A DNA stretch of 64,000 nt from contig NC_045697.1 in assembly GCF_009834535.1 (NCBI RefSeq), positions 82,524,001-82,588,000 of the forward strand, read 5' to 3'. The notes beneath the pieces are model-generated. The model had not been told where the DNA came from and searched no databases. It was given only the letters and a program-made list of their open reading frames with translations. Below are positions 41,454 through 54,289 of the stretch, one piece after another; position 1 is the first letter of the stretch; every line of letters begins with the position of its first letter. Position numbers and translations under genes: made by a program. The DNA is from Camelus ferus. Its lineage: Eukaryota.

Positions 41454-41959
41454 ATCTACAACATGATCTTTATTAAAGGAATAAATGAAACAATATCAAA
41501 GTGTGTTCCAGTTACTGTTGCTGCATGATAAATCACCACAAAGAAAAAATACATCACAATCCAACACAAAACACAGAGATAATGACGTTTTCATAAAAAT
41601 GAAAGCTGAAATAACTTCTGCCAGCAAATATATTTGAAATATAAAAGGAAAAAAATATATGAAATATAAAAGGAAATTTTAAATAGAAAATGAATGATTT
41701 CAGAGAGAAGCAGGACATATAAGGGGAAAATGCAGTGAAAATATAAATATATATTGATATTGATTATAAACAAATGAAAACAAATAAACTGGCAAGATCC
41801 AGGGAGTATTAAAATAGATAATATTAATAGCCTAAAAGACCAGAGGAGTAAATGCATTTAAAGCATACCAAGTTTTTAGTATTACTGGGGAAACAAGTAA
41901 TAATTGATTTTAGATTACTCTATGGCAATAATGTACAGAGTGATCTCTAGGTTAACCAC

Positions 41960-42495
41960 ATGGTAGGAAGAATAATTCCCACTAGATAGAGACCCAAAAG
42001 TTGTCCACATCCTAATACATGGAATCTATAAAGATGTTACCTTTAGTGAAGAAAGAAACTCTGAAGATGCCATGAAGGTAAAAGGCTTTGTGATGGGGAG
42101 ATTATCCTGGATTTTGTGGGTAGTCCCAGCCTCATCACAGAGTCCTTAAAAGTGGAGGATGTTCACCAGATGAGCCAGGTACTCAGTCAAAAAGACGCAA
42201 TCACATCTCTGTGGGTCCGACATATGTGATGTGTAAAGGACTACCTGCTGATGCTGGCTTTGATGGGGGTGTTAGAGACAGTGAATCAAAAAATAGAGAC
42301 CTCTAGAAGCTGGAAAAGGTAAAGAAACAGACTCTCTCCTAGAGCATACAGAACACAGCCCTGCCCCAAACCTTGATTTTAGCTCAGTGAGACTTGTGCT
42401 GGGCTTGACCTGAAGAACTGTAAGATAATATATTTATTTGTTTTAAAGCACTAAATTTATGGTAGTTTGTTATGGCAACAATAAAAATCAAATAA
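41960..42495 (+). mobile_element. MLT1D-like MaLR solo LTR
   Basis: 'tggtaggaagaataat...gtccacatcctaat...gatggggagattatcctggatt...ctctagaagctggaaaaggtaaagaaacagactctctcctagagc...ggtagtttgttatggcaacaata'. Confidence 0.88.
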
Positions 42496-42632
42496 AACCA
42501 CTTAAAACTAAATTTCATAAAAGGAAAAACTATAAAACACAATTTTAAGGAAGCCAATGCATGAGATAAGGAAATAACCACATCTGTGTTAAAACAAAAA
42601 AGAACAAAAAGAACTATGAGAATCGTTAATGT

Positions 42633-44097
42633 ATTCCAAACTGTATTACAAAGCTATAGCGATCTAAATGGTATGATGTAGCCTAAAAAGTCACACAGAT
42701 CAACAGAAAAGAATAGAGATCCCATAATTAAACCCATGCATATACAATCAGTTAAAATTTAAGACAAAGGAACCAAGAAAATACAGTGAGAAAAGGACAG
42801 TCTCTTCAGTAAATAGTACTAGGAAAACTGGACAGACACACACAAAAGAATGAAACTGAACCTCTCACACTACACACAAAAATTCACTGAAAATTGGCTA
42901 AAGACTTGAATGTAAGACCTGAATCCATAAAATTCCTAGGATAAAAATCATAGATGGTAATCTTGACATCGGTCTTCATAATGTTTTTTTTTGGATCTGA
43001 CATCAAAAGCAAAGGCAACAGAAGCAAAAACAAATCGGATTACATCAAATTAAAAAGCTTATGTGTAGCAAAGGAAACCATCAACAAAATGAAAAGACAG
43101 CATGCCAAATGGTAGAAGGTAGTTGCGAATCATGTATCTGATGAGAGGTTAACACCCAAACACTAAAAATAACTCATACAATAGCAAAAAACCACCAAAC
43201 AATCCAATTAAAAAATTGTCAGAGGTTCTAAATAGACATTTTTCCAAAGAAGACATATGGATGGCCAATAGGTACCTGAAAAGGGTACAAGACATCACTA
43301 ATCAAAGAAAAGCAAATCAAAGCCACAATGAGATACCACCTTACATCTGCCAGAATGGTACCGTCAAGATGGGCAAACAGTCTACAAATAACAAATGTTG
43401 GAGAGGGTGTGGAGAAAAGGGAACCCTGGAACACTGTTGGTGGGATTGTAAATTGGTGCAGCCACTATGAAAAACAGTATAGAGGTTCCTCAAAGAATTA
43501 AAAATAGAACTACCACATGATCCAGAAATTCCACTGCTAGATATATATGCAAAGAAAATGAACACTAATTTGAAAAGATACATGCACCCCAATGTTCATA
43601 GAAGCATTATTTATAATCGCTAAGATATGGAGGCAATCTAAATGCCTCTCAACAGATAAATGGAAAAAGATGTGATATATACAATGGAATATCCCTCAGC
43701 CATAAAAAATAATGAAATTCTACCATTTACAACAACATGGATGGACCTAGAGAGTATTATATTTAGTGCAGTAAGTCAGAGAAAGACAACTACTGTTATC
43801 ACTATGTAGAGTCTAAAAAGTAAAAACAAATGAACAAAAATGAGCAGATTCACACATAGCGAACTAGTGGTTATCAGTGGGGTGAGGGTGGGGGGAAGGG
43901 GCATTATAGGGGTATAGGATTAAGAGCTAATCAACCATGTATAAAATAATTAAGGAACAAGTATATATTGTATGGTACATGGATATATAGCCATTATTTT
44001 GTAATAACTTTAAGTGGAGTATAATCCATAAAAATATTCAATCACTATGTTGTACACCTGAAAGTATTATCAACTATACTTCAATTAAAAAAAAAAC
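42633..44097 (+). mobile_element. 5'-truncated LINE-1 (ORF2 C-terminal part and 3' UTR)
   Basis: ORF 43216 (LNRHFSKEDIWMANR...[27 protein letters not shown]) is the L1 ORF2 C-terminal Cys-rich region; ends 'caactatacttcaatt' plus poly(A). Confidence 0.95.
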
Positions 44098-44099
44098 TA

Positions 44100-44710
44100 A
44101 TGTAAGAAACTCTATGACTCAACCATTACTCAGATATTTAATCTACCTGTTTGATCATCTGTCTGCTCCCAAATCCCCAAGATTATTATAACATTATACA
44201 TAAAAGCCCCCAAATAGAACCACCACCAATAGTTCAATGGATCAGAAATTGTGATAAATCCATATACTTGAGCACCATAGAGTTATACATGATTAAGTTA
44301 GTACTGTACACAGTACTCATGAATTCATCCATGCTAAATGAAATAAGCCAGACATAGAAGAATGTGTGTAAGCACATACAAAACCATTTATACACATAAT
44401 TATATATATACATAATCATAATGCATATAATCATATATATTTAAACACATATGATTTCATTTAAGCAAATTTCAAAAAGAAAATAACCTATGATATAAAA
44501 CTCAGGAAAACACTTGCCATACAAAGAAAGTACTGACTCTTGGTGGGGAGGGAGGTACTTAAAGAGGAAATCTTATTTGTGGTACTGGTAACACTGAATT
44601 TCCAGGTATGTTGGCTTTAAACAAGTGTTTGTTCATTCTGTGAAAAATCCTTTGAACTAACGACATGACTTGTAACCTTTACCATGTGCTTGATTATATT
44701 TACTGGAAGT
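44100..44710 (+). mobile_element. L1ME-type 3' end
   Basis: 'atgctaaatgaaataagccagacatagaagaatg...atgatttcatttaagcaaatttcaaaaa...tgttcattctgtgaaaaatc'. Confidence 0.7.
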
Positions 44711-45529
44711 TTTTTTTTTTAATTCAAGGTTAAGTTTTCTTTTCAAAAAATTTCTGTTAAATAGTGCTTTCACGGAAATACAACTTAAAATGGAGCAAAT
44801 AAATATTGTCTAAACTATGCATTAAATATTTATAAGAAAAATAGCTTAGCTAGTCAATAAATACATGAAATATATCACTGCTTATAAATACCACTATCAA
44901 AGCTGCATATGAAAATGATCATTAATTTCTCTAATAGAGGATGACATGAGCATGAACAACATTATCAAAGTCAAATTAAACACCTATGATAGACAGAATT
45001 TTAACAGCAACTTCAATAAGAACCCTAATTAAATAACGTGGCATTGAAAATAATTTAAATAAGACAATGAAGCATGTATCTAATACTATATTTAGGAGTT
45101 ATTTTTCCTAAGAAAGTAAAGTTATTATAATTGCTAAAATTGTGGTCCACATTCATAAACATCTTATAAAATCAACCCAGCACATAAGCTCTCACAAATG
45201 AATGGGAAAGGGGAACTATACTTTTTCATTTCTTTTGGCCCCAGAAAAACATTTAAAGAAATACCTTACCCAATTTCCTCATGACTATTCTTGAATATTC
45301 TGGAAGGTGTTACTTACAACCAAATGATACAACACCTGGAAGAAAATTGAAAAATTAAATTAGGAAATGTTAATGCACGTCACATGTAGATTTACAATCT
45401 TATTGGTATACTTGGAAAAGGCATTTTCATCATATGAAGGTCACATGTGCCTGTATTGTAACTATGGAAAGCTATACAGAACATACGATCCGAGGACTGT
45501 TTTCTGACTGAACTCGGTTTATGTGTCGT

Positions 45530-45767
45530 GTAATACTGCAAGGCCGCTGAACTGAAGCCTGGCCACCATCTGAGGTCAAACTGTATCTCCACCAATTGCT
45601 AAGTAAGTGATCTTTGGCGATTATTCTATCCCGTGTCACCCTTTCATCTGTAAATGCAGAAAATAGTAATACCCATTGGACGACTGTGAGGATGAAATAA
45701 CATCGTGAAGTTGAAACATTTCAAAAATGGCATATAATGAACACCTCACAAATGTTATCTATTGTTG
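45530..45767 (+). mobile_element. MIR SINE
   Basis: 'gtgatctttggcga...ttcatctgtaaatgcagaaaatagtaataccc...tgtgaggatgaaataa...aaatgttatctattgttg'. Confidence 0.75.
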
Positions 45768-46438
45768 AATATTCATGTGTTACATAGCCAGGTTTATGAA
45801 GAAAAGCCGGAAAGAAAATTTATTTTAATGGCTATACAAACATACTTTACAAAATCAATCGTATAAGCTAATTATTATATATGAACTGGAAAAGCTTCTT
45901 CAATAACAGAAATAGAAAAAAAGACACAAAGAACTAGAAATCCTAAAAATAACTCGAGAAAAACTGAAAAAAACTTTAATAATATTAAGGAAAAGAGGCA
46001 TTCAGGTAGCGTTTTAATCGAAGTATAACCTATGTCACGCAAGTCCTATACCTGCAATCAAGACAGAATAAGTGGTAAGGAATGTATGTCTATGTATGTC
46101 CAGGTCATTTGTAAGAAATCCGTGCAAAATCGAATTGGTACACCTAATTTTATTTTTGTAATATGAAATTACGTGGACCAAATAATCTACTTTATCTTTT
46201 ATTTTTATTTTCCTATTTTAAAAAAGTCCTATAATGAATTATAGTATTCACAAAATGTAAATACTATTACATCTTGTTTTATTTGAAAACATCATTCAAA
46301 ACATCATAAAGTCCATATATTTGGCAACTTCAGATCATATGACATTTTTATATTTTTCAAACTTTCTAGAAAAATTGAAAAACTTAGAATTTATGACCTG
46401 GCATAAAAGCTAAACTTTTCTTTTTTAAAAAGATCCTA

Positions 46439-47271
46439 AACATTTTTAGAAATAGCTGCCATTCTTCATTATATTTAACAAGTAGAAATCCGACATGAAA
46501 TCAAAGGTCATTATAATACATCTAAAAACTAGATTAGAAATTGCTTCCTGGCAGGAAACTCCTCTGCTTTCCATCTTTCGCCATGTTGTTTGCAAAGTGA
46601 AGACATTTGGCAGTCAAGTTCTCCGCACACAGCGTACTGCAGGTGCTTAATTGTCTGGAACAATCACTTGTCTGTGAAATCAGACCCTTAATGATACTAC
46701 AGCTTTGACTGGTTTCCATAAGTGGAGAAGTGGAACTACCTTTAGGCCCAAAAGTCACTAAAAAGTATTTAGTTCTTCCCAAGAAAGCGTAATTTGCTTC
46801 TGATAAATACCCCCTCGTTGGAGATCATCCCCAAGTACCTAGGAACATAACATTGCACCTTCCTAACCACCATTACACTGAAAGTCTAATTTCTACCCAG
46901 ATTGTACGTTTATTGAATTCCACTATAGCTAATGTATCTTTTGGGAAAGAGGTTACTTACAGAATCACAGGGAGCCCAGATCCAGTTAAGTCAAAGATTT
47001 TGAAAACAAATGATTAAGTAAGGTGAGTCATATCCAGACTGCCTGTTTTCTGAAAAGCGTGCTGTGATTTTTATCTTTGCTCCTCTGTAGAGGAACCTGA
47101 CGGCCAAATGTCTTTACTATGCATGCAACATGGTGAAAGATGAAAAACGGAGGAGTTTCCTGCAGGGAAGCAATTTCTAATCTAGTTTTTAGATGTTAAT
47201 GACTTTTGATTTCACTCCAGATTTTTACTTGTTAAACATAATAAAGAAAAACAGCTATTTCCAAAAGTGTT
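46439..47271. repeat. Long inverted repeat: arms 46439-46621 and 47093-47271, 471-bp spacer
   Basis: Manual alignment: ~25 mismatches and one 4-nt gap over ~180 bp; perfect 31-bp core acatctaaaaactagattagaaattgcttcc (46518-46548) pairs with 47166-47196. Confidence 0.95.
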
Positions 47272-47799
47272 ATTTTACTTAAGCTCACTATCATGGCGGT
47301 CGTGTTGTGTGCTGAAGGCAGGGTTGTCTGACACGATTAGACCTCAGACAGTCACTGTGACTTGGGTCCTCACCAGATTTCTGCATCTGTGCAGGGCCTG
47401 GCACACACTGTGGCTCTTCCCCAGTACAAGAGCTTTTTTTCACCCCTCTGTAAGCCTCCCCGAGCTGCCGTGCATTTCTACCTCCGCACCAAGGCTACAC
47501 TTTTGATGTCCTTCTCCCTACAGATTGAGGCTTTTGTTCTAAAGGGGACAAAAGGAAGATATGTCTCATTTAGACAGTAGCCACTAACACCTCTTTTTCC
47601 AGCAAGCCATGAAGGACCATTCTCAGGATTCCTTTCAATCTTTATTATCAATACTTACTGGGTTCCTTGAAGAAAATAAGGTGAGAGACCTTGTTTCTAT
47701 GGCCCCAGTGGCTTCATGCCCCCGCCTTAACCCACACTCACTCTTTAGCTCTTCATTGGTAGTTTACTATTTCCCCCATCTTGGCATTTGAAATCCACT

Positions 47800-48007
47800 G
47801 GCTATTCAAATTAAAGTCAATGCTCAGCTCTGTTTTCACCATGCAGGCCCCCATCTCCCTTTAGATTTTGTGTTAGGTATTTTCCCTGTGACCTCAGTTT
47901 TGGAATGGGTACATGGGTGGCCCTTAGTCTGCAGTTAATCCAGACTTTTTCTTTTTTGTAAAGTTCAGACCAACACTTTCCAGCTCTCTACTTCTCTAAA
48001 CTGAAAC
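47800..48007 (-). mobile_element. Ancient L1M(E) 5'-end fragment
   Basis: 'ttccctgtgacctcagtttt...ccagactttttcttttttgtaaag...tttccagctctctacttctctaaactgaaac'. Confidence 0.55.
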
Positions 48008-48420
48008 ATGGTGCTCCTCAAAGTCCAAAACAAGGATTTTGAAAATGTGTTAATGTTGCTAGACCAGTTAACATCTCATTTCAGTTCTCTTAGCTTTCAA
48101 ATAAGGATAGTAATAATTCTGAATTCAAAATTGCGCTATAAGTAGAAAGTGCTGGTCTATTTAAAAAACTGAATAGTGAGGCAAGATGTCTAAATTAGAT
48201 ATAATAAATGCAATTAAATATAAATGAATATCCTTTCACTTCTACTAATTTTACTAACTTTGCAAAAATTTGTTAAATATGGTTCCTTTGATCTTACTGT
48301 AAATACCCAACCACTATATAAGTATCACACTAGTCTTGTTAGGTTAAGTAGACCATTTGAACAAATTTCTACAAGCATATTTTGTAAGGAATGAATCTTA
48401 TATATAATTATATATATAAT

Positions 48421-48423
<3 letters not shown>

Positions 48424-48473
<50 letters not shown>
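48424..48473. repeat. (AT)25 microsatellite
   Basis: Read directly. Confidence 0.95.
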
Positions 48474-48476
<3 letters not shown>

Positions 48477-50629
48477 AACATATAATACAAAATATTTCAT
48501 TCTTCCCAAGTCAGCTCTCAGGGCTTACTCAAACTTTCCATCTATCCATCCATCTTTCCTAAGTTATTTATCACCTATATTCTAATAATGGATACTATGT
48601 TCCAGTGGTTCTCTAATTTCTACTCACAGTTACTCCACTATCTAAACATCTCCTGACCGCCACGTTGTCTATCAGTGTAACTTTTGGATTGCTACATGAA
48701 GTATACAAGCTTGCTAAGTCATATCTATAGCATCTCTCTTATAAAATGAAAATATCCTTCAAGGAGATCCTTATCTGATTTTTCTGTGGTATCACAAGTG
48801 AGGACAGTGAGTTAAACATTATTCAATGAATGTCTATGTGTGTTGTATTACACACATACCCTCACACTACTGAAATAAGCCAAATCTAAGGTTAATAAAT
48901 TTGTAGAAATATATCTTGTTTTTATTCAGGTTGAAACCAAATCCTGCTTTCCCATTGTGAACCAATACGTTTATAATCAAAAGGACTGACTTCTGCCAAG
49001 ATAATCCAATTTTTAAAAATTTAAGTCATTGCAAAAAGAACGAGTCCTATTAATTAAAAAAAAAAAAACTGATACTTTTTTTTCTAGATACAGAGAAATA
49101 CAATAGTGTGCTACGCTGTCTCCTGGGCAAATTACCACAATGGAAATAAAAGGCTAGTTGCTGTGAAATCTGTATTAGTGCTCATTCTTCTGTGAGACAG
49201 GAAGTCCTGGTCTGCTGGACTAGAACACAACTTAAATATTCCTCTGCATTTACACAACACATGCCTAAAACAGAATGGTCAACGTAAGCTTACTAGGAAA
49301 AACCAGCCTAATGCCTTCCTCAAAGAAAAATGTATTGGTACAATGTCATTTTTAAAAACCCATTCAGATTTTGCTCTGTAAATGCATTCTTCATTTTGCA
49401 TGCAAAGTAAAATGTTATTCAGTGCTTATTTTCTTAACATACGTCTTTACAATTAACAGGGGGCAATTCATCTTTAAAACAATACCAGATGTTAAGAATA
49501 GATGTACCAGCTTCTATGTTTATCTAAGCAATATGTGCTGTGGCAAAAAAAAAAAGCTATATACATATATAATGTACTAAAAATATAAATCTATATTGTA
49601 TCTATACAGTATACACTATACCATGCTGCAAACATTTTACATGATACTCTAACAAGGAATACAACACATCACACAAATTTTGTTCATAAATGATTCATAT
49701 AACTTTCACAAGTAGTAAATTAAATGTCTAGGTAATATTTTGACAATCTTTGTGCAATACTGTGTTTCTCTAGTTGACTATTACTGATGTTACATATTTG
49801 TTTTTATTTTCATTCTTTTCTTTATATTCATTATTCTTCAATTGAAAATCCCTGAAAAAATAAGGCTATATAAAGTGTGTTGTGTTATACACTACGTCTA
49901 TGTAGTTGATTTTCTCACTTCTTTCATTCCTCTAGGCTCTTCCCCTCCATTTCCTCCCTCACATCTGCTCAGTTCTGAGTTTTCAGAAGATGTTCATTGA
50001 AGACATAGGATTACCATTCAGCTTTTGAAAGTCTTTGCTAGTAAGGTTTTTAAAATTCTTACTAGTCACGATTTTCAGTAAAATATGATCATATTAATCA
50101 CATAGTTAAATTTTCTGAGAGAAACCAATGCTGTTTTTTCATTAATATGGTATATGTTATATGTCCATTAGTTTTAAAAAGTTAATGTTTGCTTTAGTTT
50201 ACATAAGGCAATCAAAAATCTGTACTTTGAAAGTCTAAAGCCTAAAACATCATGGCTTGAAGAAAAACGATCAGCTATAGTATAGGAACTTCACTGTGAT
50301 AGTTAATGATTTGGATAGCAATAACTTGGGAAAGAAATTCTGGTGTGCACATATTAAATTTTTGGAGATTTCAAATAAATTTAAATGTGTGAGATGCTGA
50401 AAGGATGATTAAGTTTTGGTATTTAACCCATAATGTGTTTACAATACGCTGCTTACACTGTTCTCCTTAAACTGCTTTGTATCCCTTTCGTTTGCACAGA
50501 TTTCATTAGATCTATGATGTTCTATCCAGAGTAGCCCTAACAGTCTTTCATTTGAATAGAATTAAGGTTTTAATCTTTCAGAAGGACTCAGATCACTATT
50601 TGGTTTACTCATACATATGATTACATAAA

Positions 50630-51300
50630 TATATTATTAAATAAATAAAAGATAAATCTCCCATACTTAAGAATTCCAAATAATGCATGCACATATTCCA
50701 TCCTCATGGAGTAGAATCGTTAATTCCCCACTTCTTAAATGCTGACTCTGCATACTGACTTCCTTCCAAAGAATGCACTATGGAAATGGGGAAAAAATAT
50801 AACTCTACAGTAGAGAAGCCTGACAAAACACAGTCCAGCCAGGCTACAAAGGTCAACATTAACATCAATAAGTCATGTTGACAGGATTACCCTTAAGATG
50901 AGAAAAAAATTGTTCGTTATCCTATGATCTTCGTCCCCAAAGCTTATGCCATCTAATTATGAGAAAAACATTATACTAATTCTAATAAAAGGGAGTCTTA
51001 TAATACACCAAACCAGCACTTCTCAACATGGTCAAAGTCATCAAAAACAAGGGAAGTGTGAGAAATTGTCATACTTATAAGGAACCTATGGAGACATGAG
51101 AACTAAGTGTAAGGTGGTGTCCTGGAACAGACATTTGAATACAGGATACACTCTAGTTTCAAATAATGATCAATATTGATTCATTAATTGATTCATTAAC
51201 AAATATATCATTAATATGATATGGTAATAGGGAAAACTGTATGCAGGGTATATATAAATTCTAATATTTGCAAGTTTTCTTCCTGTACAAATGGTTCTTT
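50630..51300 (+). mobile_element. L1MC3-like 3' UTR
   Basis: 'aagaattccaaataat...tgacttccttccaaagaatgcactatggaaatgggg...gagaagcctgacaaaac...aaggtcaacattaacatcaataagtcatgttga'. Confidence 0.8.
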
Positions 51301-51819
51301 TTTAAGAAAAAGTAAATAGGGCTGATCCAGCAGTTCTTAGATATTGGCAACTTCCTCAAGCAGGAATGGAATGTCAATTGATGAAACATAAAGGCATACT
51401 TGAAGAAAACAGGATGATATGGTGAATTAATAGATAGTGAAAACAACATTTATAGATCATAATATACTGACAAGATAAGTTTTAGAAGTTTAGTCCATGG
51501 TGATTTAAGTAAGATAATATCTTTGGTTTTAATTGGAATCAGTTTGCTCTTGGACCAGAAGGGGGAAAATGACCCAGTCCATGTTTTAATGCAGCTCACT
51601 TTTCTTAACTGTAAATGATATACATGCATAGTTTTAATGAATTATGGGACTCTAACATTTTCATCAGCAGCTAATATGCCATAGGATGCACTCCACTGGA
51701 CCAATAAGACAGTGTGGTCTACAAATGGATGATAATGGGATAAAGTGCTAGTGGTCAACTCTGGAGAAAATCCGCCACAGCTCTCTGACTGCCATACTTT
51801 ACATATATTCCACAGGCAA

Positions 51820-52790
51820 AATTTACCCACTTCCTCCCAAGACCCTCAAAGTATCATCTCATCATGGTAGCGGAAGCTTGTCATCTGAATCAGATCTGGA
51901 TGTGGATAAGTCTCCTCAGAAATTCTTGAGCTGGAGACCTGTGAATTAAGACTAATTTATCTGCCCATTTCCCACCCACACTACATACAGTGATGAACTG
52001 AGGACATGGAAACGAAAATAGATGCTCTCATTTTAAAGAGGAAAGAAAAGGAAGCTCATAGGGTCACCAATTGGTACTAATCCTTAAATCCAGCCCAGTC
52101 CATGGTGCCAGTTTCTCCAAATCTAGGCACAAAGAAGGTTCCTTTAGTAGGGCTGTATTCTGACCTCTGGTATTGTAAACCATATCCATTTTTCTCTAAA
52201 TCTCTTGGTTTTTCTCTCTGGCTCCTTGAGAAAGACCATTGTAACATCCTTTAATTTGTTAGAAATTGCCCATATTTATACTTGAGGGCCTACTTTCCAT
52301 TTTTTAATCTTTATCATTTTTTTAATTGAAGTATAATCAGTTATAATTTATCAATTTCTGGTATACAGCATAATGTTGGCCTATTTTCAACTATCTTTTA
52401 TATGCAAGCTGACAATACATTCCTTATATTTACCTAAGAAACTTAGTGACCTTTTAATGAATGTAAGGGTTAAATCAAAAGGACTGTGCAATAGCAAATC
52501 TTAGAAGCACTCTCTTAAATACCAGAAGTGAAATAATCATGCCTCTATCACCATGGTATTTCACCTTGGACAAAAAAAAAAGTGACACAAGCATAAAATT
52601 AAGCATAGGGTTTACGAAGGAAGAGAGAAACCTAATCTCCAAAATCTTTATAAGCACATTCTCAGATATCTTCATGGAGGTAAGAGTCTTTTATGGGCAG
52701 ATGAATACCAATGTCCTGGACAATTTATACCGGGAACTTGCACATTTTTCTCCTGTGGATTTTGTGCTTAGCAATTATATTTTCTCCAAA
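51820..52790 (-). mobile_element. MaLR internal region (MLT1-int) remnant, with a tiny L1 3' end at ~52305-52376
   Basis: 'tcatctgaatcagatctggatgtggataagtctcctcag...ctggagacctgtgaattaagac..ttatctgccc' resembles antisense MLT1-int; insert 'ttaattgaagtataatcagtt...caatttctggtatacagcataatg'. Confidence 0.6.
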
Positions 52791-52796
52791 CCCTGC

Positions 52797-53047
52797 TGTA
52801 TTACCTTTCTAGGGACGCCAAAACAAAGTATCACAAACTGGGTAGCTTACACAGAAATGTATTGTTTCACAGTTTTAGAGCTAAAAATCCCAATACGAGT
52901 GTGTCCACAGGGTTGGTTTCTTCTGAAGGCTCTGAGGGAGAATGCACTCCCTGTCTCTCTCCTAGCTTCTAAGAGTTTGCTAGCAGTCTCTGGTGTTCCT
53001 TGGCTCCTGTTACATCAGCTCAATCTCTGCCTTTACCTTCACATGAC

Positions 53048-53089
<42 letters not shown>

Positions 53090-53280
53090 TGTCTGCCTGC
53101 CTGCCAAATTTTCTATCAGGGCACCCATAATATTGGTGTGGGAACCACCCTACACCAGTATGACCTCATCTTAACTAATTACATCTCTATGACCCTATTT
53201 CCAAATAAAGTCACATTCTTAGGTACTGGAGATTAGGACTTGAACATAAATTTTGGATGAACTCAATTCAATTCATCACA
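52797..53280 (-). mobile_element. MLT1C-like MaLR LTR
   Basis: 'tgtattacctttctagggacgccaaaacaaagtatcacaaactgggtagctta...tatgacctcatcttaactaattacatctctatgaccctatttccaaataaagtcacattct'. Confidence 0.88.
53051..53088. repeat. (GT)19 microsatellite inside the MLT1 LTR
   Basis: Read directly. Confidence 0.95.
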
Positions 53281-53349
53281 GAAGTTATTAAAAATGATAG
53301 CAAGCCACTGAATGAAACACATGTATCTTTCTTTGTAAATTCATATATA

Positions 53350-53945
53350 CAGTTGAGGCTCATTAGTCACAGATTCTATACTTGCAAATTTTCCCACCCA
53401 CACATTGTGTAACATCAAAATCAATAACCTCAATCACTGGTAGTAATTTGCAAATACCCTTGAACAGAGTGGGAAAATATAGTGCTGCTCAACACAGATT
53501 CCCAGTTGAGATCAAACAAAGTGATATTTTGCTTCCAGTTTCAGTTCTCAGACTGTAAACAAGTGTCCTACAGCGTAGTGTCATGTTTTCACATTTGGGG
53601 GCTATTTACTGGTGCTGAGGTGCTGTCTAAAGTTTCAAAATGCAGGAAGGCTGTGATGTGCTTTATGGAGAAAATATGTGTGTTCGGTAAGTTTCAGGCA
53701 TGAGTTATAGTACCGCTGGCCATGAGTCCAATGTTAAGGAATCAACATATATGTTAAATACAATATCTTTATATAGAAACACACAAAACAAGATTATGTG
53801 TTGACTGGTTGATGAATATGTTATAACCAGAGGCTTACTGGGACCTAACCCTGAATTTCCTCTGGGATCGATGACTCAGTCATCACTAAGTCAGTGTTTA
53901 TGGTGACTTTATAAAACAACTACTGAGAACAATGAGAATGAACTG
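53350..53945 (+). mobile_element. MER82 (TcMar-Tigger non-autonomous DNA transposon)
   Basis: TIRs cagttgaggctcattagtc / gaacaatgagaatgaactg with TA on the left; internal 'ttcccagttgagatcaaacaaagtga...tttcagttctcagactgtaaacaagtgtcc...gaaggctgtgatgtgctttatggagaaaata'. Confidence 0.85.
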
Positions 53946-54289
53946 TCACATTAAAACGAATTTAAGAAAAAGTCTTAATAGTGAATGGTCCTAAAATTAG
54001 ACGTGTGTTTATTGCCATCAACTGGATCACAAGTTTTAAATACTTTATTACACATCCAAGAAAAATATAATTTAGTCAATTGGATGTGAACCCAGTATAT
54101 AGGGATAAAACAGATTTATATCATTAAAATTGCTGCTAATACTGAAAGCCAAGGGACTGGTTGAGTAAATTATGGATTAAACTTAGATAGGTAATAGATC
54201 TGGCTGGAGGACAGAGTTCTGATCATGCCAAACAGTGCAAATTGAGTCTGGAAAAGGAAGCAAACAGTAAAGTATTAATAAAAGTAGAA

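Noticed and set aside
52539..53174. Longest ORF (211 aa)
   Set aside because: It runs antisense through MLT1-int/MLT1C sequence and a (GT)19 repeat (CVCVCV); no protein-family signal
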